This document shows positions 41,821 through 53,672 of a DNA stretch of 64,000 nt, piece after piece. Position 1 is the first letter of the stretch. The number at the start of each line of letters is the position of its first letter. Below the pieces are notes generated by a model. It saw nothing but the letters and a program-made list of their open reading frames with translations, ran no database searches and was not told the origin of the DNA. Source of the DNA: Octopus vulgaris (Eukaryota); NCBI GenBank assembly GCA_951406725.2, contig OX597836.1, positions 17,980,001 to 18,044,000 of the forward strand. The letters run 5' to 3'. Position numbers and translations under genes: made by a program.

Positions 41821-43040
41821 ATAGGGGAAATAAGAAGAAAGAAAAAACGAAAATGCACATTGGAAATAAAAAAAATAAAGGCTTTCTTATGAAACGTAAC
41901 GATAAATATACACATTTTGATGAACCGAGGAAGAATTAAAAGGAATAAAAGTCGTTATTATGAATTATTAAGGGGATTTAAAGTCATACCGGTTTCGTCA
42001 ATTACTGTTCACTGGCTTTGAATGTGCACCGATTACCAAACGGTGTTGGGCCTACTAGACACTGAGTAAAAAGATTATGCGTAGGGGAGGTAAGTACTTC
42101 TGGATGTGGTGCAGTAAGGGTAGATATAATACTGTAATATAAATGGTGTATGGGATGTATGGTGTATGGGATGTAGTTGTATTATTGGTAAGGTTAGTAG
42201 TGTTCTGTATTATGTTACGTGTTCATGTTAATTTGTGGATGGAATTTATTGATGAAAGTTGCTGCTTTGTTCATTCTTTGCTGTTCTGAGGTGTTCTGTG
42301 AACATTGATAGAAGGGAAAATTTAGGAAGTTAGAATAAAGGTTCCTAGCACACTTCTCATATGTGTTCACTGGCCCTTTAATAATTCATGATAATGACAT
42401 TTATACCTCTTAATTCTACCTCAGTTCATCTAATCTATATATATAAAACTGTAGTTGTGTGAGTGTCTGTCCCCTTCGATTTAGATTCCTAACTCCTCCC
42501 ACATTTTGCAGTTTAACCAAAACCGGGTATCTTATAGTCGTGATTCATATCGAGCCCGTCTGGCTATTAGCGCGCGTCTACGATGAGTCTACGATTTTAA
42601 AAATAATTTAACATCATTTTTTATTCCATTTTAATGCATAATTTTTCGTGTGTCGATGGCGGCGGAGTTGGCGTCCACGCTCAAACACCTGCACCTGTGT
42701 TTGCTTCTCCCCCTTCTTCCCTCCCTCGTGAAGCTGTGGGGAAGGGAGTGTAAGGAAATCAACGTCGTAAAGCGTTGTCAACGTCGTAAAGCGTTCTTTT
42801 AGAACAACGACTTCATGGCTTGAAGACACCAAAACAGAAATGGCTAAGAAAGCCCGAATTTACATCTATAAGGGAAGTAACTCTAAAAATGCTTATATAG
42901 TTATTTCCCTTACAAACCCGAGCAACGCCGGGCGATACTGCTAGTTGTATATATTTATCGTTACTTTTCATTTAAAAAAGCCATTTTTAAAATTTTTTTA
43001 TATCCAATGAGCATTTTCGTTTTTTTTCTTCTTACTTTCC
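41821..43040 (-). mobile_element. Penelope-like element remnant: GIY-YIG C-terminus (42221-42371) between inverted ~155-bp arms
   Basis: Minus strand SEHI/EKCARNLYSNFLNFPFYQCSQNTSEQQRMNKAATFINKFHPQIN resembles PLE endonuclease ends (..H...C...F.IFPFY...R..KE..FI.KF.P.LN); 41821-41974 is inverted relative to 42374-42433 plus 42945-43040. Confidence 0.7.
42434..42944 (+). mobile_element. Non-autonomous Helitron, 511 bp, structurally complete
   Basis: Inserted between A(42433) and T(42945); 5' TC(tatatatataaaa); GC-rich hairpin cccgagcaacgccggg at 42917-42932; 3' CTAG; no TSD. Confidence 0.88.
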
Positions 43041-43333
43041 TTGGATAAAGTGTGATTTTTAGAACGAGAAACTGACCGGCTGATTCGTACATTACAAGTG
43101 CAATCTGTGAGTGGAACATTAAGAATATGCAAGACTTTTCTCAAGTTCCAAATGTGAATTTGTCTGGAGACTTGTATGTTTGTTTGAAACCAGCTCTCTC
43201 AGTGGAATATTTATAATAATTAAAAAATAGAAGAGACAAACATACATACATACATACATACATACATACATACATACATTTATATATATTATATACGTAA
43301 AAATGTATCTAAAAGAGATTACGGAAGCGAAGG

Positions 43334-43380
43334 CGCCATATCACACTGATTTCGGATCGAATTAATCCTCATCGGTGACG
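43334..43380 (-). ncRNA. Minimal type-I hammerhead ribozyme-like motif (U4C core variant)
   Basis: Minus strand cgtca-CCGATGA-ggat taattcg atcc-GAAA-tca gtg tga-TA-tggcg; stems I, II and III all pair; partial inverted copy at 43657-43696. Confidence 0.6.
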
Positions 43381-43486
43381 TTATTTCGTTGCCTAGGGTT
43401 AAAGCTAATTCGATCTGTCAGTTTATAGAAAATACCATCCAAATTATTTGCTGATTCTGTAAAATGGTAAAGCGATAATTATAAAT

Positions 43487-43896
43487 TATTAAAGTGGCTA
43501 GTCGCAAGTTAAATCAAAAGTCACAATCAATAACGTCACTAAAAGTGACTAAGCGTGCAAGTAAGCACCAGCGTTGCTAGAAATAAGAGTTAATTGAAAT
43601 CTAAGCCACGAACCGGACATTTTCTGTTACAAAGCACCTATCTATCGACTAAAAAAGATGAGGATTAATTCGATCCGAAATCAACCTAATATGGCGTTCT
43701 AGTTTGCTTAGGGAGCTTGTTACCCTTCTCAGTTGGTAGATAAGTACTTTTGTAGCAGGAAATGTTCTGTTCGTGGATAAGAGTTGTTTTAACTCTTATT
43801 TCTGGCAATGCTGGGGCTTACCTTGCATCCTTAGTCACTTTTAGTGACATTTGCACTTGTGACTTTTCGTTTTAAATTCCGACTATCCACTTTAAT
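43487..43896. repeat. Inverted repeat with ~165-bp diverged arms (43487-43650 / 43731-43896)
   Basis: attaaagtgg..gtcactaaaagtgactaag..agaaataagagttaa versus ttaactcttatttct..cttagtcacttttagtgac..ccactttaat. Confidence 0.85.
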
Positions 43897-43964
43897 GATA
43901 CACATAATACATACATACATATATATGTGTGTGTGTGTATGTATATATGTGTATATATATATGG

Positions 43965-44585
43965 TTCTATGATAAGAACTTCGCTTTCCAGCCACATGGT
44001 TTCGAGATCAGACCCCCACCCAACAATATGGCACCTTGGGCAAGTGTCTTCTTGTTCTGTCGCACGTTCGGATGACCTCTACTCAACTCCTCTGCTCTAC
44101 TACTGCTCTACTCTCACCGCTACTCTGACCTCGACGTCTAGGCTTCTCGGTCTATATCTACATATTGGGCTAGTCTACTTCATCGTCTTAGGGCGTCGAC
44201 ACAACACTTCTATATCTTCGATCCAACCAATGCTTTGTGAGTTGATTTGGTCGACCGAAACTGAATGAAGGCCTCATATGTATGAGTGTGTACGTGTGAA
44301 TGTGCGCGTGTTTGCGTGTGTGTATGTGTGTGCGTTCATGTATCTGTATGTGTGCCTGTGTACGTGTGGCTGCGTTTCTGTTTATCTCCTATAACCGTTT
44401 GGCAACCGGTATTGGTGTGTATACATCCACGTACTTAGCGGTTCAGCTAAAGACACCATTAGAATGAGTAGCATTCTTAAAAGAAAGAACCAAGTACTGG
44501 GGGTCGATGCGTTCGACTAAAGTTCTTCAAGGCGATGTCCCAGCATGGCCACAGTCTAAATGACTGCAACAAGTAAAAGATAAAA
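43965..44585 (+). mobile_element. SINE family A interrupted by a 154-bp insert
   Basis: ggcaccttgggcaagtgtcttct | insert | ...gctttgtgagttgatttgg...cagcatggccacagtc. Confidence 0.8.
44053..44206. mobile_element. Solo-LTR/TRIM-like insertion, TG..CA ends, 5-bp TSD CTTCT
   Basis: Ends tgttctgtcg / cgacacaaca (9 of 10 inverted); CTTCT at 44048-44052 and 44207-44211; host SINE resumes in register. Confidence 0.7.
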
Positions 44586-44870
44586 GATATATACAATATT
44601 ACACACATTATATAAGTTCGATTGTGTAGCTACACATAACCATGTATGTGTGTATGAGTGTGGTGTGTTTTATATCTATCTTTGTGTGTGTGCGGGTACT
44701 CTCTTATATCTATGCGTGTGTGTGATATCTTTCTCTATACATATGCGTATTAACGTATCTATGTAAATGTATTCACCAACAAAGATCTAGGCCATAACAT
44801 CCACACAAAACGGGAACACGCTTAAACAAACCTAGTCAGAAACTCATTTACAAAAGACGAGATTGTTTTA

Positions 44871-45127
44871 TTAATAGCTTCTGGTAGACGAATCGATTAT
44901 TGTGAATAATGGTGAAGGCTGGCACATATCATTGGCACACATTAGCCTGGTGGAACTCAATAGAAGAAACGGTTCTTGGAAAATCTCATTTACAAACCCA
45001 ATGTTTATGGAAGCCAAGTACAAAGAATGGCGTGCAGGCAGCCTATTAAATTTCGATGTTGAAAGAATTGTGGCACGTTTATGGCGAGATACGTACGTAT
45101 GTTGTGTTGTGATGCGGTGTATTGTGT
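44871..45127 (-). CDS. Candidate terminal exon, in phase with the 48305-48400 exon; product unknown
   Basis: Strong acceptor ctcttcctttcccag|, open in phase 1 for 85 codons to TAA overlapping AATAAA; the opposite strand is also open, so the strand is uncertain. Confidence 0.3.
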
Positions 45128-45717
45128 CTGGGAAAGGAAGAGGGCGATTGAGGTGATGTTGTTGGTGATGAGTTTGGGGGCGATGGTGGTGATGATGGTG
45201 ATGGTGTTGATGATAAGGATGGCGGTGTTGGTGGTGTTGGTGTTGAGGGTGTTGGCGTTGATGATACTCAAGCTGATGATGGTGGTGATTGTGGTGTTGA
45301 TGATAGAGATAGTTGTGGTGGTAGTATTGATGATGTGTACGAGGGGCGAAGAGAAGATATATATACCGACATATACAACACATTCATACATATATTTACA
45401 CACGTCCACTTACACTCATATATACACATACATGTATATATGCACACACACACATACACACAAATACGAGATGCATTCCAGAAGTTCTGAGACTTTTTTT
45501 TAGGAGATCCAATTACAACTGTCCTAGGTTATTGTAATTATAGTCTATCATTACTATTCGTCTAATAAGCTCATCTGCCAATTTATAATTCTGGATTGAA
45601 GGAGACGGCTGTAAAAGCTCTTAGAACAACACCCTGTTAAACACTACAGAATGAATTGTGGCCGTGAAGATAATTTGGAAGTTTGCTAGGCAACAAAGTA
45701 TGCATGTATGTATGTAT

Positions 45718-46139
45718 ACTCTTTACTCTTTTATTCTTTTACTTGTTTCAGTCATTTGACTGCGGCCATGCTGGAGCACCGCCTTTAGTCGAGCAACTCG
45801 ACCCCGGGTCTTATTCTTTGTAAGCCCAGTACTTATTCTATCGGTCTCTTTTGCCGAACCGCTAAGTGACGGGGACGTAAACACACCAGCATCGGTTGTC
45901 AAGCAATGCTAGGGGGACAAACACAGACACACAAAAACATACACACACACACACATATCATATATATACATATACACGACAGGCTTCTTTCAGTTTCCGT
46001 CTACCAAATCCACTCACAAGGCATTGGTCGGCCCGAGGCTATAGCAGAAGACACTTGCCCAAGATGCCACGCAGTGGGACTGAACCCGGAACCATGTGGT
46101 TGGTAATCAAGCTACTTACCACACAGCCACTCCTGCGCC
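45718..46139 (-). mobile_element. SINE family A, full length, young, inserted in (TATG)n
   Basis: Close reverse complement of 52359-52816. Confidence 0.93.
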
Positions 46140-47014
46140 TATGTATGTATGTATGTATGTATGTATGTATGTATGTATGTATGTATGTATGTATGTATGT
46201 ATGCATGCATGTATGAAAGAAAGTATGAAAGAAAGTATGTTGACATGGATCGTTGGTATTTTTACTTTTCTTTACTAATCTCTGATTGCGGAATACACGA
46301 AGAGCACATTCAACAGCTAGAGATAACTGGTAAGGGAAGGATTATTCTCACTTGTATAATATCGCAGTGATTTTGACTACCTTCTATTTTATACTCAACC
46401 ATGTGTAGTTTATTTCTGTTTTCATCTTCTTTTTTCTATTTTTCGGAAAGACTTGATGTAAACCTGTCTTTCTTTTCCTACAACAGTTGAAGAAACTACC
46501 GTAAGATGATTACAGAATGCTTCCTTTATATGGATATGTTTGTGATTTGGTCCCTCCATACTATATTTCCCTATAGGCATTCGATAAAGCCCCCTGTAAG
46601 TTCTAATTAGCCGCAGAAACATCTCAGCGAATAAATGCTTCCGTCAGAGGAAGTAAGAGATATCTTGTAAATTCCTTGTACGTCTAGATATCACATTTCT
46701 AAACGTTTGTGTGTATACATACCTTTAACTATGCATATTAATATACACACAAACACATACACACACACACACACACACACATAGACACACACACACACAA
46801 AAACATAAATATATGCACATCGCTGTATACTTACATGTAAGTATGTATACATATATATATATGTATATATATATTATTCGACCCGAGGCTACAGCAGAAA
46901 TCACTTGTCCAAGGAGAAGCGCTGTTGGACTGAACACGAGACCATATAGTTGACAAGCAAGCTTCACATCACAGGCCTACACCTACGCTTATGTATATAT
47001 ATATATATAAATAA

Positions 47015-47051
<37 letters not shown>

Positions 47052-47062
47052 CACATATACAT

Positions 47063-47126
<64 letters not shown>

Positions 47127-47234
47127 CTCTAGTTTCAGCTCAGAGCTGCGGCCATGCTGATGTGTGTATACATATATGTATATATCTGTATAAGACGTAT
47201 ATACGTATGTATGTATATATATATGCATGTATTT

Positions 47235-47270
<36 letters not shown>

Positions 47271-47493
47271 GAATACATACATGTGGGTGAGTGCGCGCAT
47301 ATGGCTGTGTGTCCGTGTGTATGCGCGTATGTGCGTTTGCTTGGATGAGTGCAGTAGCCCGTATATATAAGATTAAAATCGCTGTAATGGTTCCGTAGTT
47401 CATTACAGTTCTTTTATATTCCGTTTAATGCCTATATGTGAATATCCAAATTAAATCTGTCATTCATATGTACATTTCTCCCCATCTCTATCT

Positions 47494-47541
<48 letters not shown>

Positions 47542-47630
47542 ATATATATATGTTTGTGTGTATATGCATATATATATATATACACATATACACACGTATA
47601 TATGCATGTGTGTGTATATATGTGCATAAA

Positions 47631-47679
<49 letters not shown>

Positions 47680-47968
47680 ATGTATGTATATAAATTATTA
47701 TAACATTCATGTAGACATAGATATAAGATAAATATATCTTTAAATATATATATATGCACGCACACTTACACATGCATATATGTATATACGTGTATGTGTG
47801 TATATATACATGTATATGTAAACATATGTATATATATATAATATTTATATTTATATATATATGTATGTGTGTGTGTGTATACGTATATGTATATATCTGT
47901 ATAATACGTATATACGTATATATGTATATAGTTATGCATGTGTTTATACATATACATACATACATATA

Positions 47969-48013
<45 letters not shown>

Positions 48014-48158
48014 AATTTTTGCAGAGGGATGTAAGCGTGGCAGAAGTTTAAGAGACACATCTAAAATGCATTAAATACAGAAATATCATCACCATGACCA
48101 TTATTATTGCTACACTATTGCGGCACAAACGCAAACTGCATATTCTAAAAGTTTAAAC

Positions 48159-48204
<46 letters not shown>

Positions 48205-48304
48205 ACACGCACGCACACACATGTATAACACATCGTCATCCTTCCATTCTCGCACACCATTTTATCACACGTACACACCACTGACGCTTGATAAGTGCTG
48301 TTAC

Positions 48305-48400
48305 TTGGCCGCGGCACATCACATAGAAAACCATCCGCTTTGTCATTGCATCTCCTCAACGGTATACTGGCATCGTATCCCAAGGAACCACGCCACCAGA
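48305..48400 (-). CDS. Candidate 96-nt exon resembling the C-terminal end of a C-type lectin-like domain
   Basis: tttcag| acceptor, |gtaaca donor, phase 1-1, WWRGSLGYDASIPLRRCNDKADGFLCDVPRP with the C-x6-F-x-C pattern of CTL domain ends. Confidence 0.4.
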
Positions 48401-48603
48401 CTGAAATTTAGAGAGCAGAACAACAGCAGCAGCAGCAACAACAACAACACTGACACAATTTTGTATGCACATATTTATTCTTGAATCTGGGAACGATCAA
48501 ATATATGAATATTACATTTCATGATTAAATCCGCCATTTTGCCTCTATGTATATATGTCTGTGTGTTCTTGCACATGCACGTATGTGTTTGATTGCACAT
48601 GTG

Positions 48604-48640
<37 letters not shown>

Positions 48641-48642
48641 AT

Positions 48643-48686
<44 letters not shown>

Positions 48687-48842
48687 TGGTGCAACAGCCA
48701 ACAACCGTTCTGGAATGAAATTTAAATACGATTTCAATTGAAAGACATTGAAAGCGTTTGACATGAAACAAAGACACCATAATCAAACTTTAATAAATAG
48801 TAATAACATCAAGATGATGGTAATGATGATGATGACAATCAA

Positions 48843-48894
<52 letters not shown>

Positions 48895-48897
<3 letters not shown>

Positions 48898-49226
48898 GGT
48901 GGCCTGGAAATGATAGCGAAAGGGACTGATTGCTACCGAACTCAGATACCAGGAAACCCCAAAATGGCAGAAATTCAAAAGATAGTGCTCATGGGAACTG
49001 CTCATATCCTACTCAAAATACTCTCTATGTAATCCCAAGGTTTAAAACAAACTTTTTTTTTTTAATTAAAATTTTTTTTTTTTTTTATGTATTAGACATT
49101 CACTAGTACAACACCAACCTCCCTCCCCAAATATATGGCACAGAACTTCCAACCTGTTGTCTCTTGAGGTCTCTGGGTGAGACTTGGAGCCAACTTGTAC
49201 AGACATAAAGCAAAAGTCAAACATAG
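48895..49226 (+). mobile_element. 5'-truncated R4/Dong-like LINE 3' end in (TAA)n
   Basis: IGGLEMIAKG...IPGNPKMAEIQKIVLMGTAHILLKILSM* plus a 3'UTR shared with the 36639 copies. Confidence 0.85.
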
Positions 49227-49281
49227 AATAATAATAATAATAATAATAATAACAATACTAACAATTATGATAATAATAATA

Positions 49282-49680
49282 ATCTTTTCTCATTTAGGCA
49301 CAAGGCCTGAAATGTTAGTGGAGGGGCCAGTCGATTAGACCAACCCCAGTATGCAACTGGTACTTAATTTATCGACCCCCGAATAGATGAATGGCAAAGT
49401 CAACTTCGGCGGAATTTGAACTCAGAACGTTCTGACACACAAAATACCTATTTCTTTACTACCCACAAGGGGCTAAACGCAGAGAGGACAAACATGGACA
49501 GACAGACGGATTAAGTCGATTATATCGGCCCCAGTGCGTAACTGGTACTTATTTAATCGATCCCGAAAGGATTAAAGGTTAAGTCGATCTCGTCGGAATT
49601 AGAACTCAGAACGTAACGGCAGATGAAATACAGCTCGGCATCTCTCCCGGCGTGCTAACGGTGTCTGCCATCTCGCTGCC
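49282..49680 (-). mobile_element. Tandem SINE family B dimer
   Basis: Two successive reverse-complement family-B cores. Confidence 0.85.
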
Positions 49681-49771
49681 TGCACAATAATTACAAAAAA
49701 CAATAACAACAACAACAACAGCAATAATGATAATAATAATAATGATAATAATAATAATAATAATAATAATG

Positions 49772-49820
<49 letters not shown>

Positions 49821-50313
49821 TAACAATAATAACAATAATAACAATAATAATAATAATAATAATAATAATAGTAATAATAATAATAATAATAAATGAAGAA
49901 GAAGAAGAAGAAGAAGAAGAAGAAGAAGAAGAAGAAGAAGAAGAAGAACAACAACAACAACAACAACAAGAACGAGATGAAAGGGAGACAGTCACGAGAC
50001 CATAACTGTCCTCAGGTGCCAGTGTATCAAACTGTCTTTTCCTTAATTGCGTGCCAAATTTGGATAATTGTTGATACTCAACATGGTCTCCTTTCTCAAT
50101 AAATTTTGGAATAAATTGCAACCGAGCGACTTTTCTTCATCTTCTGTGAACGGAGAAATTTTGAATAAATCAAGAATTATCATGTATGGTATTAAATATG
50201 ACCAACTTTGTTACGCACACACACATGCACGTACACAAAGAGGCGCATATGCTAGTATTTGTAAACATATATATATATATATATATATACATATATACAT
50301 GAATGCATACCTG

Positions 50314-50373
<60 letters not shown>

Positions 50374-50398
50374 TATATGTATATATAGATATAGCTAC

Positions 50399-50440
<42 letters not shown>

Positions 50441-50444
50441 TGTG

Positions 50445-50517
<73 letters not shown>

Positions 50518-51071
50518 TATACTCACATATACGCACATACATATACACACGTAAGAAATACACACACACATGTACGCAAATACAGATAAACATGTGTGTA
50601 TATATATATATATCTGCATATCATCGGATATATAAATCTCTGTTAAACAGATAAAAATGCTTTTCCATGATGCTTGAGGCTGTCTTGCCTAAATGATGGA
50701 TCTGTCTTGTCACATAAAACCAAAGAATACAAATCTTTTCATGAGCAACTTCAGAGAAAAGAAAGAAAAAAAAAACCCAGATTCTTATATAATCGCAAAC
50801 ACCGGAAAATCGATATAAGCCAAAAGAGAAATATGCGAAGGATAATAACTTATTGTGTCGTTCTTGGAGGTGTTGATGTGGTTAAAACAAAAATTGTAGA
50901 AATCAGCAACAACAACAACAATAACGGTGGTAATTCCTTCTGATTTTGCGGGGCACAAGACGAACAAGTTTAGGGGAGTTTGTGATAGTCTATTACATTG
51001 ACCCCAGGGCTACTATTTTACTTTATGGACTCAGTTCCTCATCTTACCCTGCTGAAGAGGTAAAAGTTAAA

Positions 51072-51769
51072 GTCTACCTATTTCTTTACTACCCACGAGG
51101 GGCTAAACACAGTGGGGACAAACAAGGACAGACAAACGGATTAAGTCGATTACATAGACCCCAGTGCGTAACTGGTACTTAATCTATCGACCCCAAAAGA
51201 TGAAAGGCAAAGTCAACCTCGGCGGAATTTGAACTCAGAAAGTAACGGCAGACGAAATACGGCTACGCATTTCGTCCAGCGTGCTAACGTTTCTGCCAGC
51301 TCGCTGCGTTACAGTTTGTCTGGCTTACAAACGATTTTGCTTGGTTGTCGCCTTCATAATGATTATAATAATAATAATAATAATAATAATAATCCTTTCT
51401 ATTATAGGTACAAGGCTTGAAATTTGGCGGGAAAACGCTGGTCGATTATATCGACTCCAATGTTCCGCTGGTACTTAATTTATGGACCCCGAAAAGATAA
51501 ATGGCAAAGTCGACCTTGGCGGGATTTGGACTCAGAATGTAGTGACGGGTGAAACACTGGTAAACATTTCGCCCGGCGTGCTAACGATTCTGTCAGCTCG
51601 ACACCTTAACAATGGTTTCCAATTTTGACGCAAGACAATAATTTGGGGGATGGGGGGATGTGTCAATTAGGTCCTCCCCAGTTTTTCAACTGCTACTTAA
51701 TTTATCGACCCCGAAATGATGAAAGGGAAAGTCGACCTCGCCGCCTTATAATAATAATAATAATAATAA

Positions 51770-51828
<59 letters not shown>

Positions 51829-51877
51829 CTTGTAATAATAATAATAATAACAATAATAATAATAATAATAAATATTA

Positions 51878-51918
<41 letters not shown>

Positions 51919-52131
51919 TGTTTCAAATTTTTCCACAAGGGCAGCAATTTTGAAAGGGGGATGAGTCGATTAGATCGACCCCAGTGTTCAATCAATACTT
52001 ATTTTATCGACCCCGAAAGGATGAAAAGCAAAGTCGACTTCGGCAGAATTTGAACGCAGAACGTAAAGACGGACGAAATGCCGCTAAGCATTTTGACCGG
52101 CGTGCTAACAAATCTGCAAGCCGGTTGCCAA

Positions 52132-52185
<54 letters not shown>

Positions 52186-52330
52186 AATAGCTTCAAATTT
52201 TGGCACAAAACCTGCAGTTTTGGGAGAGGGAGTTAGTAAATTACATCGACCCCAGTTTTCAACTGGTACTTATTTCATCGACCCTGTAAAGATGAAAGGC
52301 AAAGTTGACCACGGCGGAATTTGAACTCAG
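51072..52330 (-). mobile_element. Array of about five SINE family B copies separated by (AAT)n/(TAG)n tracts
   Basis: Repeated gatgaaaggcaaagtc(a/g)acc..ggcggaatttgaactcaga-type motifs near 51200, 51500, 51720, 52020 and 52290. Confidence 0.85.
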
Positions 52331-52358
52331 AAAGTAAAAGTCGGCCGAAATAATGATA

Positions 52359-52521
52359 GGCGTAGGAGTGGCTGTGTGGTAAGTAGCTTGCTAACCAACC
52401 ACATGGTTCCGGGTTCAGTCCCACTGCGTGGCATCTTGGGCAACTGTCTTCTTCTATAGCTCCAGGCCAACCAATGCCTTATGAGTGGATTTGGTAGACG
52501 GAAACTGAAAGAAGCCTGTCG

Positions 52522-52600
<79 letters not shown>

Positions 52601-52816
52601 TTGTGTGTCTGTGTTTGTCCCCCTAGCATTGCCTGACAACCGATGCTGGTGTGTTTACGTCCCCGTCACTTAGCGGTTCGACAAAAGAGACCGATAGAAT
52701 AAGTTCTGGGCTTACAGAGAATAAGTCCCGGGGTCGATTTGCTCGACTAAAGGCGGTGCTCCAGCATGGCCGCAGTCAAATGACTGAAACAAGTAAAAGA
52801 GTAAAAGAGTAAAGAG
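52359..52816 (+). mobile_element. tRNA-derived SINE family A, full-length reference copy with internal (TA)n(TG)n
   Basis: A-box tggctgtgtgg, B-box ggttcagtccc, CORE-like ggcatcttgggcaactgtctt, tail of gtaaaaga repeats. Confidence 0.93.
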
Positions 52817-52823
52817 TATAACA

Positions 52824-52861
<38 letters not shown>

Positions 52862-53672
52862 AGTTTTAAATTTTGGTACGTGGCCAGCAATTTTAAGTCT
52901 GGGTTTAATCAATTACATCTACCCCAGTACTGTACTGAAAAGCTTTGTTATTTTATTATCTCGAAGTAGAATAATTCGATGAAACGTTGTTTTCATGCGT
53001 ATATTCTTTTGGCAAGGTTGTTTATTTTGTTATTTGTTTTTCAAAACAGCCTTAGAAATAAAAAGCGGAGGTGTGCTCACCCCTGTGATGGTAACAGCAA
53101 CTTCAATGGCATAAACAAACATATCCTTAATTATTTCCACATACAAAAACAGAATTTAAAAACAGACATTGTGAAAATTAAACAGAAGGTGCTTCAGGCA
53201 TAAACACTTCGATTTAGTCATTGGAAAATAGGAAAATGAATAACGTTTAAAACTTTAATTTAAATAGGAAAAACTATGGAGATGGTTTTAAGCATAAGAA
53301 CAGCAATGACAACAACTAGTATAACCACCAACAATAACAGCAAAATTTTATATTTTCCATATTTTCCAAATGTTGATCCAGTTAAAAAAATGTACGCGGA
53401 CGAACGGCATATAAAAACAGATTTGTTTCTTTGCCCGAATAACTTTACTCAAGGAAAGAGTAAGGAAGAATAATACAGCATCGATCATCACAGCTTATGG
53501 TAGTGTGAAATTAGCGACAAAGATAACTACAATTGCTATAAATTAACATTTTTCTATCTTTTTGCCATGTCTTCTCCCATGCAATGCTAAGATTTGTGGT
53601 TCTACTAATTTTCAGTAATATTGTTGCCGCATTTGCTGCATATCTTCCTGTGAAGGTATGCTGCTGTCTTGT

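Noticed and set aside
49975-50150. Minus-strand coding-looking segment after an acceptor-like ttcacag
   Set aside because: Frames from the acceptor hit stops or lack a donor, and no homology is recognised
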